Below are positions 16,663 through 24,821 of a stretch of 64,000 nt of DNA, piece after piece. Under the pieces are notes generated by a model that was given only the letters and a program-made list of their open reading frames with translations, was not told the origin of the DNA and did no database searches. Made by a program: the position numbers and the translations under genes. The DNA comes from a bacterium. GTDB taxonomy: Bacteria; Patescibacteriota; Patescibacteriia; Patescibacteriales; GWC2-42-12. Location of the stretch: assembly GCA_030650415.1 (NCBI GenBank), contig JAUSEG010000017.1:16885-80884 (forward strand), in the 5' to 3' direction. Position 1 is the stretch's first letter. Each line of letters opens with the position of its first letter.

Positions 16663-17979
16663 TTAATTAACTCGTTCTATGTCCGTGCCGAGTTTATTTA
16701 ATCGTTCGCAGATATTTTCATAACCGCGATCAATTGAGTATGAATTATAAAGAATTGATTTACCCTTGGCCGCCAGCATGCATATAAGTAAATTTATTGC
16801 CGGTCTTAGAGCCGGCGGGCAAATTATTTTAGCGGGTTTCAATTTTGTTGGACCGCTGACCGTAACCCGATACTGATCGTGCATAAGGATCCTTGCCCCT
16901 AATTTATTTAATTCAGTATAATAGATTGCCCGATTTTCATAAACCCAATCATGCACGAGAGTTTGGCCCTTGGCTTGAGTTAGGATCGGCAGGAATAAAG
17001 GCAGATTATCAATATTTAAGCCGGGAAAGGGGCGACCGTAAATTTTATCCGGCAGGGCGATTAATTTTGAGGGCGTGATCTCTATGTTAACAAGTTTAAA
17101 TTGGCCGTTAGTAGATTTGTAGGCTCGGCTGATTTTTATTTTTTGGCCCATCAGGCTTAATTTTTCCAATTCCAGACTTAAAAATTCTATGGGGCAATGG
17201 GTGATTTTTAATTTTGAACCGGTGGTGATGGCAATAGAAATAAAAGCCATGGATTCTATCGGATCAGGCATAATCGGGTAATTAATCGGTTTCAGTTTTT
17301 TTACTCCGGTAATCCGCAGCTTAGTCGTGCCGATGCCTTTAATTTTTGCTCCGGCGCGGACTAAGAAGAAACACAAATCTTGCACCATATAATTAGGCGA
17401 AGCTAAATTTATTTCGGTTATGCCGGGCAGAAGAACAGCGGCTAAAATAGCATTTTCGGTAGCCGTATCTCCGGATTCGTACATAGTAAACTCTGCGCCT
17501 TTAGCCTTGCCTCGATTAACAAAGAATTGGTTGTTGATTTTTTTTACTTCAATGCCAAGATGCTTTAGGGCAATCATGTGCGGATTGATGGTTCTTTTCC
17601 CTAGCTTGCAGCCGCTGGTTTTCGGCAAAGAGAAATTTTTAAATATCGAAGATAGGGCGCCGATTAAGAGAATCGCCGATCTGGTTTTTTCATAAGACTC
17701 ACGGTTAATTTTTTTAAGAGAAATTTTACCGGAGTTTATGACTTCCAGTTTATTGCCCGAGAGCCAGGTTATTTTTAAACCAATGGAAGTTAAAATTTCT
17801 ATGATTCGGTTAACTTCTTCAATTCGCGGCATGTCTGTTAAAATAGTTTTTCCTTTGATTATCGGTAGGGCGCAAAGTATGGCCACGGCCGAATTTTTCG
17901 CCGAGTTGGTTTTAATCGTGCCATGCAGTTTACGACCGCCGTTTATAACGAAATTTGACATAAAGTTATTAAAAATCAA
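16663..17979 (-). CDS. murA: UDP-N-acetylglucosamine 1-carboxyvinyltransferase
   Basis: Collinear with E. coli MurA: GTIKTNSAKNSAVAILCA, active-site Cys context KTSGCKLGKRTINPH, C-terminal IDRGYENICERLNKLG. Confidence 0.85.
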   Translation of the reverse strand: MIFNNFMSNFVINGGRKLHGTIKTNSAKNSAVAILCALPIIKGKTILTDMPRIEEVNRIIEILTSIGLKITWLSGNKLEVINSGKISLKKINRESYEKTRSAILLIGALSSIFKNFSLPKTSGCKLGKRTINPHMIALKHLGIEVKKINNQFFVNRGKAKGAEFTMYESGDTATENAILAAVLLPGITEINLASPNYMVQDLCFFLVRAGAKIKGIGTTKLRITGVKKLKPINYPIMPDPIESMAFISIAITTGSKLKITHCPIEFLSLELEKLSLMGQKIKISRAYKSTNGQFKLVNIEITPSKLIALPDKIYGRPFPGLNIDNLPLFLPILTQAKGQTLVHDWVYENRAIYYTELNKLGARILMHDQYRVTVSGPTKLKPAKIICPPALRPAINLLICMLAAKGKSILYNSYSIDRGYENICERLNKLGTDIERVN

Positions 17980-17999
17980 AATTAAAATATTTATATTTT

Positions 18000-18158
18000 G
18001 TCATTGCGGCCTCCGAGCCGCAATCCAGGAGAAGAAGCAGGAGTGAGAAGATAAGAATGAAGCTAATTAAAGAAAGAAAATTTTGTTTGGCGCAATTTAT
18101 TTAGTGATTTATAGTTCGTTCAACTTCCTCCTGGATTCCCGCCTGCGCGGGAATGACA
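18000..18158. repeat. GC-rich hairpin modules
   Basis: gtcattgcggcctccgagccgcaatccagga (18000..18030). tcctggattcccgcctgcgcgggaatgaca (18129..18158). Confidence 0.8.
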
Positions 18159-18231
18159 AGATAGAATTATCATAGCTTAAACCGGGCGATTTTTCAAGGA
18201 TTTGGCAAGGTTTGTCCGTTTTACGCCAAAT

Positions 18232-18263
18232 AAAAAAGCGTTCGAGGTCGGAGTCTCGAACGC
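18232..18263 (-). terminator. Rho-independent terminator of 18290..18943
   Basis: Minus strand: gcgttcgag-actccgac-ctcgaacgc (9-bp stem) followed by tttttt. Confidence 0.75.
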
Positions 18264-18289
18264 GGTTTGTGAGTAAATTTTTGCCGCGA

Positions 18290-18943
18290 TTACTGCGCGT
18301 CAACGGTATAGAGGGCGGCTACCTTTTTTTCCGCCTTAAGCCAATCCTCCGTTGCTTGACCATCCTTCCTCTCCTGCCATAGGTGCTTTGCTCGTTCCGT
18401 CCTTTCGGTTAGGGAGGGGATGTGGCCACTTTCCTTGATAAACAGATCCCAGGCATCGCACCAATTGTGCTGGCTTCTGTCCTGTTCGTAGCGACTCCAG
18501 ATGTGTTGCGCTGCTTTGGCTACAAGTTCATTGAACTCGGAGCGGTTGACCAACGATTTCTCGGCACGCGAGATACGTTCAAGTGTGATGACTCCGTCTG
18601 CTGTCAGACAGAGCAGGATCTTGGCGCAGTGTTCGTGTGTCTCGCAGGCGCTGATGATGACCTTAACGCCCGGACAGAGGCAGATGTCAGGGATAGGGCC
18701 ATAACAGGCTTCGGGCTTGAACATGGCCACGATACGTTTTCCGGCCGCCAGGCATTGCGCGATGGCATGGATATGATGGTAGCCGTATGAGCTGCGTCCT
18801 CTTTGCCCGCACACGAAACAGGTGGCATCCGGGTTTTGCCCGTGATATTGTTGGAGACCGTACTTGTCGGTGTAGAAGTACTCGCCTTCAGAAGGTTTTA
18901 GATCTGCCAATTCGGCAGTGCCCGTAGAATTAGTTTCTATCAT
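18290..18943 (-). CDS. High-GC orphan: Cys/His-rich N-terminal domain plus DUF2934-like C-terminal repeat(s)
   Basis: 217 aa. CFVCGQ..GYHHIH..C...C..CLC...CETHEHC..C gives about 9 Cys and 6 His in 75 aa. C-terminal RAKHLWQERKDGQATEDWLKAEKKV resembles the DUF2934 motif (E.W...G...G...DW..AE). 57% G+C in line 18601-18660. Confidence 0.7.
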   Translation of the reverse strand: MIETNSTGTAELADLKPSEGEYFYTDKYGLQQYHGQNPDATCFVCGQRGRSSYGYHHIHAIAQCLAAGKRIVAMFKPEACYGPIPDICLCPGVKVIISACETHEHCAKILLCLTADGVITLERISRAEKSLVNRSEFNELVAKAAQHIWSRYEQDRSQHNWCDAWDLFIKESGHIPSLTERTERAKHLWQERKDGQATEDWLKAEKKVAALYTVDAQ

Positions 18944-19002
18944 GTTTCCTTTGTTCGTTGAGTTTTTGGTGTTTGTTTTCCCTCGTTTTTCCCTCCGCCC
19001 TC

Positions 19003-19031
19003 ATACTATCAACTCAACTGACACCTGTCAA
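19003..19031 (-). promoter_or_regulatory. Sigma70-type promoter of 18290..18943
   Basis: Minus strand: TTGACA-17 nt-TAGTAT about 60 nt upstream of the ATG. The leader ends ...actcaacgaacaaaggaaacATG. Confidence 0.5.
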
Positions 19032-19102
19032 TTCCAGTTAAATTTGGCAAAATGGATTTGCTTATGGTAAGATTAAGAAGTAAATATTAATTATAGTTTA
19101 TT

Positions 19103-20389
19103 ATGGATAAGGTTGATTTACCCGGCCAAATCATCACTCCGAAGAAACGCCGTAAAAGTAAAGTTTTGGGCGTTGTTTTATTATGTCTGATAATACTCGC
19201 CGTTTCTTTTAATGGCGGCATGATTTTCGCGCAGAAAAATGAGTTTATTAAATCGGCGAGCCTTAAGGAAGCTAATTACGCTGGCGGGGTTTATAATAAG
19301 TATGTAACGGCGCCGGCCAACAAGCTAACGCAGGACGTGGATTTTAATTTGTTCTGGAATGTCTGGGACATGCTTAAAGAAAAATATGTTGATAGGGATA
19401 AATTAGACGATAAAAAAATGTTTTATGGGGCGCTCAAAGGCTTGGTTCAATCAACCGGCGATCCTTACACCGTTTATATGGAGCCGAAATTAGCTAAAGA
19501 ATTTTCTAATGATTTGGCCGGAACCTTTGAAGGCATTGGCGCGGAAATCGGCAAGAAGAATGAAATTATAACTATTATCGCGCCGCTCGCCGACATGCCG
19601 GCGGAAAAAGCCGGTTTAAAATCCGGTGATAAAATTTATGCGATTGACGGCCAATCAACAGCCGGTTTGGAAATTGATGAAGCGGTCAGTAAAATCCGCG
19701 GCGCCAAAGGAACAGAAGTCACTCTAACTATTTACAGAGAAGGCTTTGAAGCCACTAAAGATTTTAAGATTACCAGGGACGCCATAATAGTTAAGAGCAT
19801 CAGAACCGAAATGTGGGATGATAAAATTTTTGTCATTACCATAACTAATTTTAACGACGATACGTCGGATTTGTTTAAGCGGGCGGTGCAATCGGCCGTG
19901 GAGAAAAATCCCAAAGGCATAATTTTAGATTTAAGGAATAATCCGGGCGGTTATCTTGAAACCGCTATTGACGTGGCCAGCGAATGGATTGAAAAAGGCG
20001 TGGTTGTTACCGAGCAGTTTAGTCCGGAGAAAAAAAATGAATATTTAAATCGCGGCCGGGCGCGCTTAAAAGATTATCCGACAGTGGTTCTAGTCAATCA
20101 GGGTAGCGCTTCGGCTTCGGAAATCGTGACCGGCGCGTTAAAGGATTATAAGAAAGCCACGGTTGTCGGCAAGAAGACTTTTGGCAAGGGTTCGGTTCAA
20201 ACTTTAGAAGAGCTTCAGGATAGCTCCTCGGTAAAAATTACCGTGGCTAAGTGGCTTACTCCAGGCGGCTATAATATTAACGAGCAAGGCATTATGCCTG
20301 ATATAGAAGTTGATTTTACCGCGGATGATTATGAAAAAAGCAAAGATCCGCAGATGGCTAAGGCGATAGAAATATTAAATAAGAAATAG
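19103..20389 (+). CDS. Carboxyl-terminal processing protease (peptidase S41) with PDZ domain
   Basis: N-terminal TM helix, PDZ (PAEKAGLKSGDKIYAIDG), S41 core LDLRNNPGG...NQGSASASEI...GKKTFGKG. Confidence 0.9.
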   Translation: MDKVDLPGQIITPKKRRKSKVLGVVLLCLIILAVSFNGGMIFAQKNEFIKSASLKEANYAGGVYNKYVTAPANKLTQDVDFNLFWNVWDMLKEKYVDRDKLDDKKMFYGALKGLVQSTGDPYTVYMEPKLAKEFSNDLAGTFEGIGAEIGKKNEIITIIAPLADMPAEKAGLKSGDKIYAIDGQSTAGLEIDEAVSKIRGAKGTEVTLTIYREGFEATKDFKITRDAIIVKSIRTEMWDDKIFVITITNFNDDTSDLFKRAVQSAVEKNPKGIILDLRNNPGGYLETAIDVASEWIEKGVVVTEQFSPEKKNEYLNRGRARLKDYPTVVLVNQGSASASEIVTGALKDYKKATVVGKKTFGKGSVQTLEELQDSSSVKITVAKWLTPGGYNINEQGIMPDIEVDFTADDYEKSKDPQMAKAIEILNKK

Positions 20390-20395
20390 ATAATT

Positions 20396-20606
20396 GTCAT
20401 TGCGAGCGACCATCTTCCTTTTGTCATTCCGGCCTCCGCCAGCAGGCGGAGAGCCTGCTCCGGCAGGCGAAGCCGGAATCCAGAAATTTGTTCGTGGCAC
20501 TGAATTCTGGATTCTCATGGCTACGCCAGATCTCGCGTAGCGATGACCGCCTGCGCGGGAATGACAAAGAGGAGATTGCTTCGTCGCTGAAGCTCCTCGC
20601 AATGAC
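20396..20606. repeat. Cluster of about 6 GC-rich hairpin modules
   Basis: gtcattgcgagc.., gtcattccggcctccgccagcaggcggag.., ggctacgccagatctcgcgtagc (reverse complement of the 2993 module), ccgcctgcgcgggaatgaca, ..ctcctcgcaatgac. Confidence 0.85.
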
Positions 20607-20620
20607 AGAAATATTTTAAT

Positions 20621-22270
20621 ATGGCAAACAAAAAAGCAGGCAGGGAGGTCAAGTACATTTTTGTCGTCGGCGGCGTAATGTCGGGTGTTGGCAAGGGCAT
20701 TACTTGCGCCTCGATCGGCCGGATTTTAGTTTCTAAAGGTTATAACGTCAGCGCCATAAAAATCGACCCATATATAAATGTGGATGCCGGCACCATGAAT
20801 CCGGTTGAGCACGGTGAAGTCTTCGTTACCGAAGACGGCGACGAGACCGATCAGGACGTTGGCAATTATGAAAGATTTTTAAACAAGAATATTTATCGAG
20901 AAAATTACATGACTACCGGCCGGATTTATTCCGCCGTTATAGCTAAAGAACGCAACCTCGAGTACGGCGGTAGATGCGTGCAGGTTGTGCCCGATATTCC
21001 TAATGAGGTTATAAAAAGAATTAAAAATGCCGCCGAGAAGAATAAAGTTGAAATAATGCTCATAGAAATCGGCGGCACGGTCGGCGAATATGAAAATCTG
21101 CTATTTTTAGAAGCGGCCAGAATTATGCATCTGGCTGATCCGGAAAATGTTTTATTTATTATGGTGTCATACCTGCCGGTGCCGTCAATCATCGGCGAGA
21201 TGAAGACCAAACCGACCCAGCACGCGGTCAGAGCGCTTAATTCGGCCGGCATTCAGCCGGATTTTATCGTGGCTCGTTCGATCGCCACGGTTGACGCGCC
21301 GCGCCGCCGGAAGCTGGCAATTTTTTGCAATATCCAGGAGAGCGACGTTATTAGCGCGCCGGACATAAAATCAATTTATGAAGTGCCGATTAATTTTGAA
21401 AAAGACAATTTAGGCGAGAGAATTCTAGAAAAATTCGGCCTGCCCGGAAAGAAAAAAGATTTAATTGATTGGCGGAAAATGGTAAAGAAGATTAAAAATG
21501 CCAAAAAGACGGTTAATATAGGCATAGTGGGAAAATATTTTTCGACCGGCGATTTTTGCCTGACCGATTCCTATATCTCCGTGATTGAAGCGATCAAGCA
21601 TGCCGGCGGAGCCAATAATTGCCAGCCGATTCTTCACTGGATAAACGCCGAAGATGTGGAAAAACAAGGGGTTAAAATTTTAAAGAAGCTTGACGGCATA
21701 ATCGTGCCCCAGGGCTGGGGTTCGCGCGGCGCTGAAGGCAAGATTAAAACCATTAAATACGCGCGCGAGAATAAGGTGCCGTATTTCGGTTTGTGCTACG
21801 GCATGCAGATGGCGGTGATTGAGTTCGGCCGCGACGTTTTAGGCTTTAAGGGGGCAAATAGTGAAGAGGTTGACCCGAAAACCGCTTACCCGGTAATTCA
21901 TATTATGCCCGGCCAGAAAGAATTGATTGCTAAAAAACAATATGGCGGAACGATACGTTTAGGCGGCTGGCCATGTAAAATTGTTCCCGGAACGCATTTG
22001 GCATCCGCTTACGCTAAGTTCGGCAAGAAGGGGACTATCTCGGAGCGTCATAGGCATAGGTATGAATTTAATAACTTATATCGCGAGCAATATGAAGAAG
22101 CCGGTTTGCGCGTCGCCGGCACTTCGCCGGACGGAAAAATTGTCGAAGCGATTGAAATTACCAATCATCCATTCTTTATCGGCACGCAATTTCATCCGGA
22201 ATATATTTCCCGTCCGCTTGACCCGCATCCCTTGTTCGTAGAGTTTATTAGGGTGTGCGGGAAGAAATAG
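20621..22270 (+). CDS. pyrG: CTP synthase
   Basis: 549 aa. N-terminal YIFVVGGVMSGVGKG synthetase domain and C-terminal glutamine amidotransferase (GLCYGMQ, HRHRYE). Confidence 0.97.
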   Translation: MANKKAGREVKYIFVVGGVMSGVGKGITCASIGRILVSKGYNVSAIKIDPYINVDAGTMNPVEHGEVFVTEDGDETDQDVGNYERFLNKNIYRENYMTTGRIYSAVIAKERNLEYGGRCVQVVPDIPNEVIKRIKNAAEKNKVEIMLIEIGGTVGEYENLLFLEAARIMHLADPENVLFIMVSYLPVPSIIGEMKTKPTQHAVRALNSAGIQPDFIVARSIATVDAPRRRKLAIFCNIQESDVISAPDIKSIYEVPINFEKDNLGERILEKFGLPGKKKDLIDWRKMVKKIKNAKKTVNIGIVGKYFSTGDFCLTDSYISVIEAIKHAGGANNCQPILHWINAEDVEKQGVKILKKLDGIIVPQGWGSRGAEGKIKTIKYARENKVPYFGLCYGMQMAVIEFGRDVLGFKGANSEEVDPKTAYPVIHIMPGQKELIAKKQYGGTIRLGGWPCKIVPGTHLASAYAKFGKKGTISERHRHRYEFNNLYREQYEEAGLRVAGTSPDGKIVEAIEITNHPFFIGTQFHPEYISRPLDPHPLFVEFIRVCGKK

Positions 22271-22273
22271 CTA

Positions 22274-22300
22274 TCATTGCGGGCTTGACCCGCAATCCAG
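22274..22300. repeat. GC-rich hairpin module
   Basis: tcattgcgggcttgacccgcaatccag. Confidence 0.8.
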
Positions 22301-22331
22301 TTTTTTGCTGATGCTAAAAAAAAACGGATTA

Positions 22332-22361
22332 TTTGACATCCGACTAAGTGGACGAGTATAA
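22332..22361 (+). promoter_or_regulatory. Near-consensus sigma70 promoter
   Basis: TTGACA (22332..22337), 18-nt spacer, TATAAT (22356..22361), 33 nt upstream of the 22395 ATG. Confidence 0.6.
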
Positions 22362-22394
22362 TATAAACATAATAATTTATTTTCAATCATAAAT

Positions 22395-22589
22395 ATGGCA
22401 AATAATATGACAATTGATGAATTGGCCGGAATGATAAAAGGAGAATTTGATAATGTTGGTGGAAAATTTGATAAAGTTAACGGTCGTTTTGATAAAATTG
22501 AAAGTGAAATGGCAAAAGGCTTTAAAGAATTAAAGGATGATCATGAGAAGCTTGAATTAAAAGTATCCAATGCCTGCCCTGTTAGATAA
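22395..22589 (+). CDS. Small coiled-coil protein, interrupted near its 3' end by a 104-nt element
   Basis: 64-aa ORF. The last 4 codons plus stop (CPVR*) lie inside element 22573..22676. See 22677..22747 for the displaced remainder. Confidence 0.6.
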   Translation: MANNMTIDELAGMIKGEFDNVGGKFDKVNGRFDKIESEMAKGFKELKDDHEKLELKVSNACPVR

Positions 22590-22676
22590 GTTTGATTTAT
22601 TGGAAAAATAAATTATTTAAATATATCGCTGTGATTAATTTGTGAAATATAAAGTCAATTTATCTAACGGGGTGAA
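22573..22676 (+). mobile_element. Hairpin-bounded 104-nt element (family E, copy 2, no tRNA)
   Basis: Termini CCTGCCCTGTTAGATAA ... TTATCTAACGGGGTGAA match those of 8646..8798, with two compensatory arm changes. The inner ATATCG/TGTGA flanks are also shared. Confidence 0.6.
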
Positions 22677-22747
22677 CCTATCGCTTTGAGTTGGTTGAAT
22701 TGCAAAAACGAGTGGAACTTTTAGAAAAGAAGGTTTTAAAGAGTTAA
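22677..22747 (+). other. Displaced 3' coding segment of the 22395 gene
   Basis: Deleting exactly 22573..22676 joins ...KVSNA to YRFELVELQKRVELLEKKVLKS* in frame (23 stop-free codons in AT-rich DNA, same heptad-like character). Confidence 0.5.
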
Positions 22748-22782
22748 AGAGCTGGCTTAAAAAAATAATAAAGAGAAATAAT

Positions 22783-23145
22783 ATGCTAGAGGAAAAAGAT
22801 ATTCAATCTATCGGAGAGTTGCTTGATAAAAAGTTAAAGAATCAAAAGGATGAAATTGTAGCTGAAATAGGGTCGGCAACGAGTGAAGCCTTTAGCGCTG
22901 TTGAAAGCAGTTTAGGAAAGCTTGAAACTAAGGTTGATAAATTAAGCGAAGAAATGTCGCTTCGTCCGACTTTAAATCAAATCATGAATTGGGGAGACAA
23001 AAAAATAGTCGCGCTGGAATTGGATATGGACAAGGTAAAGTATCTTCATCAAGAAGAGTTTAATAAACTGCCGCCGCAGGCGGAAATTAGCCGGAGATTG
23101 GTTGAATGCGGTTTAAAAGAAAAAACAGCGCATCCGGTTAAATGA
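22783..23145 (+). CDS. Hypothetical coiled-coil protein
   Basis: 120-aa ORF with no recognisable domain. It ends ...AHPVK* in a sequence (catccggttaaatga) loosely similar to family-E termini. Confidence 0.55.
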   Translation: MLEEKDIQSIGELLDKKLKNQKDEIVAEIGSATSEAFSAVESSLGKLETKVDKLSEEMSLRPTLNQIMNWGDKKIVALELDMDKVKYLHQEEFNKLPPQAEISRRLVECGLKEKTAHPVK

Positions 23146-23158
23146 TTTAATCATCTCT

Positions 23159-23293
23159 AAAAAAGCAAGCCCTTAATTAGGCTTGCTTTTTATATTTTCA
23201 GAAGTTTTATTTCGCTTGCGGTATTACGTTAACGATCTTGGTGGATACCAGCTCGCTATCATATTTCTTGATTTTCTTAGTGGTAAAAATGCG
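23159..23293 (-). pseudogene. Diverged duplicate of the rpmA 3' end plus its terminator (att-like island boundary)
   Basis: About 78% identical to 25686..25820. It encodes ...[26 protein letters not shown] versus the L27 end [26 protein letters not shown]. Terminator aagcaagcc-taattaag-ggcttgctttttt is retained. Confidence 0.8.
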
Positions 23294-23559
23294 GGCTCGG
23301 ACACGACAGAATCTAGATTTTCATATTGGAATGCGAAGGCGGAGGCTTTTTGAAAAAGTAAAATGGTGGTTGATTCAAAAATCAAAAAAAACCGAGCATC
23401 TCCAGTCGAGACACCCGGTCAAATGGTTACCCTAAGGGCATCCTAAAAAACTCGTCCGGTTGAAATTGTTTACACCGATGAACTTTGCTCTACGGATTCA
23501 CAAATTTATTGCAAACCCGATAAAGCAGGGAACCGAAGTTCCCTGAAACCGTCCGACCA

Positions 23560-23988
23560 TCAATTTAATGACGGGTCGACGGGCGTGACGGGAAGGCGAG
23601 GTGTTTGCGCTTTTGGTGCTTGCAGAACTGCCGTCATCAGTTTCGCAACTAGAATTGTTTCGGTGATGATGCAAAGCACAATCCCCAAAAAACAATTCCA
23701 GAACCTCGAGGGTGGACTGCCTCCAAGCATCCACGCATACCCAACAAAGCTCACAAAGAGCCCGACCAGTAGCACCACATAAAGCCGCTGGCGAAATTGC
23801 CTCTTGGCAAGTGCAAGGCTTACGCCCGCACCGATTCCCACAAATAATGTGGTGCGTGCCTCCCAAAGAGCCTTCGGCCAACTTTGGAGTTCGTCGAGCG
23901 CGAAGCTCGCTGTGAAAAACAGACCGCCCAAACCACAGGCGATTGTTCCGACAATTAACAGACCGATTTTGGTGTTTTTAGTATTCAT
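23560..23988 (-). CDS. Island gene A: 4-TM membrane protein
   Basis: The track ORF is 23560..24084. The ATG at 23988 (MNTKNTKIGLLIVGTIACGLGG...) avoids translating repeat R1. Four clear hydrophobic helices. Confidence 0.55.
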   Translation of the reverse strand: MNTKNTKIGLLIVGTIACGLGGLFFTASFALDELQSWPKALWEARTTLFVGIGAGVSLALAKRQFRQRLYVVLLVGLFVSFVGYAWMLGGSPPSRFWNCFLGIVLCIITETILVAKLMTAVLQAPKAQTPRLPVTPVDPSLN

Positions 23989-24049
23989 GCAATTTGCCGC
24001 CGTGCCATCACACCGAAGCAAGTTGCATGAATACTTGTTTAAAAGAACA

Positions 24050-24092
24050 AACTCTATGAATCCACCACACTTTGATGGACTCAATTGAGTGG
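24050..24092 (-). repeat. Island repeat R1 (imperfect palindrome)
   Basis: aactctatgaatccaccacactttgatggactcaattgagtgg, followed by the unique hairpin gggagattt..aaatccccc. Confidence 0.8.
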
Positions 24093-24189
24093 GAGATTTA
24101 TTTTGAAATCCCCCAAGATTTTGTGATGATTCTGTTGCCAGGTAATCACTCTACCCCGCGTGCCGAAGCCGCAGTGGAGCCGCTTTGGG

Positions 24190-24336
24190 CTAGGCCAGCA
24201 TGGACTCAGGCACAACCTTGAAGTTGGCCTCATCCACTGCCGCGCAATCATTCCGAAAGTCGCAGGCTTCGTCAAACAAAGCGAACGGCCCGGAATCCAG
24301 CATCCCATCGCGGGTGATGTAAAACGGAGCTTCCAC
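24190..24336 (-). CDS. Island gene B: 48-aa acidic protein (below the ORF-track cutoff)
   Basis: GTG start 8 nt after AGGAGG (24350..24345). Translation: VEAPFYITRDGMLDSGPFALFDEACDFRNDCAAVDEANFKVVPESMLA*. Confidence 0.45.
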   Translation of the reverse strand: MEAPFYITRDGMLDSGPFALFDEACDFRNDCAAVDEANFKVVPESMLA

Positions 24337-24363
24337 TCTTCTCACCTCCTTTCTTAAAGAACT

Positions 24364-24408
24364 GAACTCTATGAATCCGCAAAACTTTTTGTGGACTCAA
24401 TAAAGTGG
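24364..24408 (-). repeat. Island repeat R2
   Basis: gaactctatgaatccgcaaaactttttgtggactcaataaagtgg, followed by the hairpin ggatcaa-aagc-ttgatcc. Confidence 0.8.
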
Positions 24409-24532
24409 ATCAAAAGCTTGATCCGTTTCTCACAACTTTTTCTGGCATGTGACGCACAGGGATTTTTCATAATTTCCAACGCCTTCTTTTATTTATTCTC
24501 GCCGGAGGATTTCGAGTCAGGAAGTAGCCCAC

Positions 24533-24736
24533 CTACTTAATGAACCGTCGTAACCACTTGGGAATTTCCCAAAAGATTACGCAGGTCACTTCGTAAGGGT
24601 GGTGCTCACCTAATGTCTCGCGTTCACGACGCTCTGAATGGTACTTCGATTCATAAGCATCATTCTCGCTTTGACATCCGATGGACACCTGGCCACCTTT
24701 CCGCTTCGCCACATATGCAGTATGCAGCATCTGCAA
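24533..24736 (-). CDS. Island gene C: ~65-aa basic protein, start uncertain
   Basis: ORF ...MLHTAYVAKRKGGQVSIGCQSENDAYESKYHSERRERETLGEHHPYEVTCVIFWEIPKWLRRFIK*. First ATG at 24730. No clear SD. Confidence 0.35.
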   Translation of the reverse strand: MQMLHTAYVAKRKGGQVSIGCQSENDAYESKYHSERRERETLGEHHPYEVTCVIFWEIPKWLRRFIK

Positions 24737-24775
24737 CCAGCGCCACCACTTCTGGGCTTTACTGGTTTCTTCAAA

Positions 24776-24821
24776 GAACTCTATGAATCCACCACATCTA
24801 TGATGAACTCAATAAAATGGG
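24776..24821 (-). repeat. Island repeat R3
   Basis: gaactctatgaatccaccacatctatgatgaactcaataaaatggg, followed by the hairpin gggaatgt..acattccc. Confidence 0.8.

Noticed and set aside
20375-20602. ORFs running through repeat-module clusters (also 10557..10766, 11786..11902, 18109..18303, 22192..22386, 48574..48780, 61647..62099)
   Set aside because: Their peptides (..PAGGGRNDK.., ..SRRRESR.., ..IAMT..) are translations of GC-rich hairpin modules that recur in both orientations. No coding signal exists outside the repeats.
23131-23575. Extra matches to the family-E terminus motif (catccggttaaat 23131, cacccggtcaaat 23412, gtccggttgaaat 23454, inverted atttaatgacggg 23563) that might define a third element at the island's left edge
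   Set aside because: Three of the four are in the same orientation. The only inverted pair aligns poorly (with indels), and the flanking CCTG/TGAA signatures are absent. This is too weak to call, though worth including in a genome-wide motif search.
24050-24821. Reading R1-R3 as integron attC sites (CALIN)
   Set aside because: No GTTRRRY/RYYYAAC core pairs could be found by eye, no intI is present, and the sites are only ~45 nt. Kept only as an analogy in the finding.
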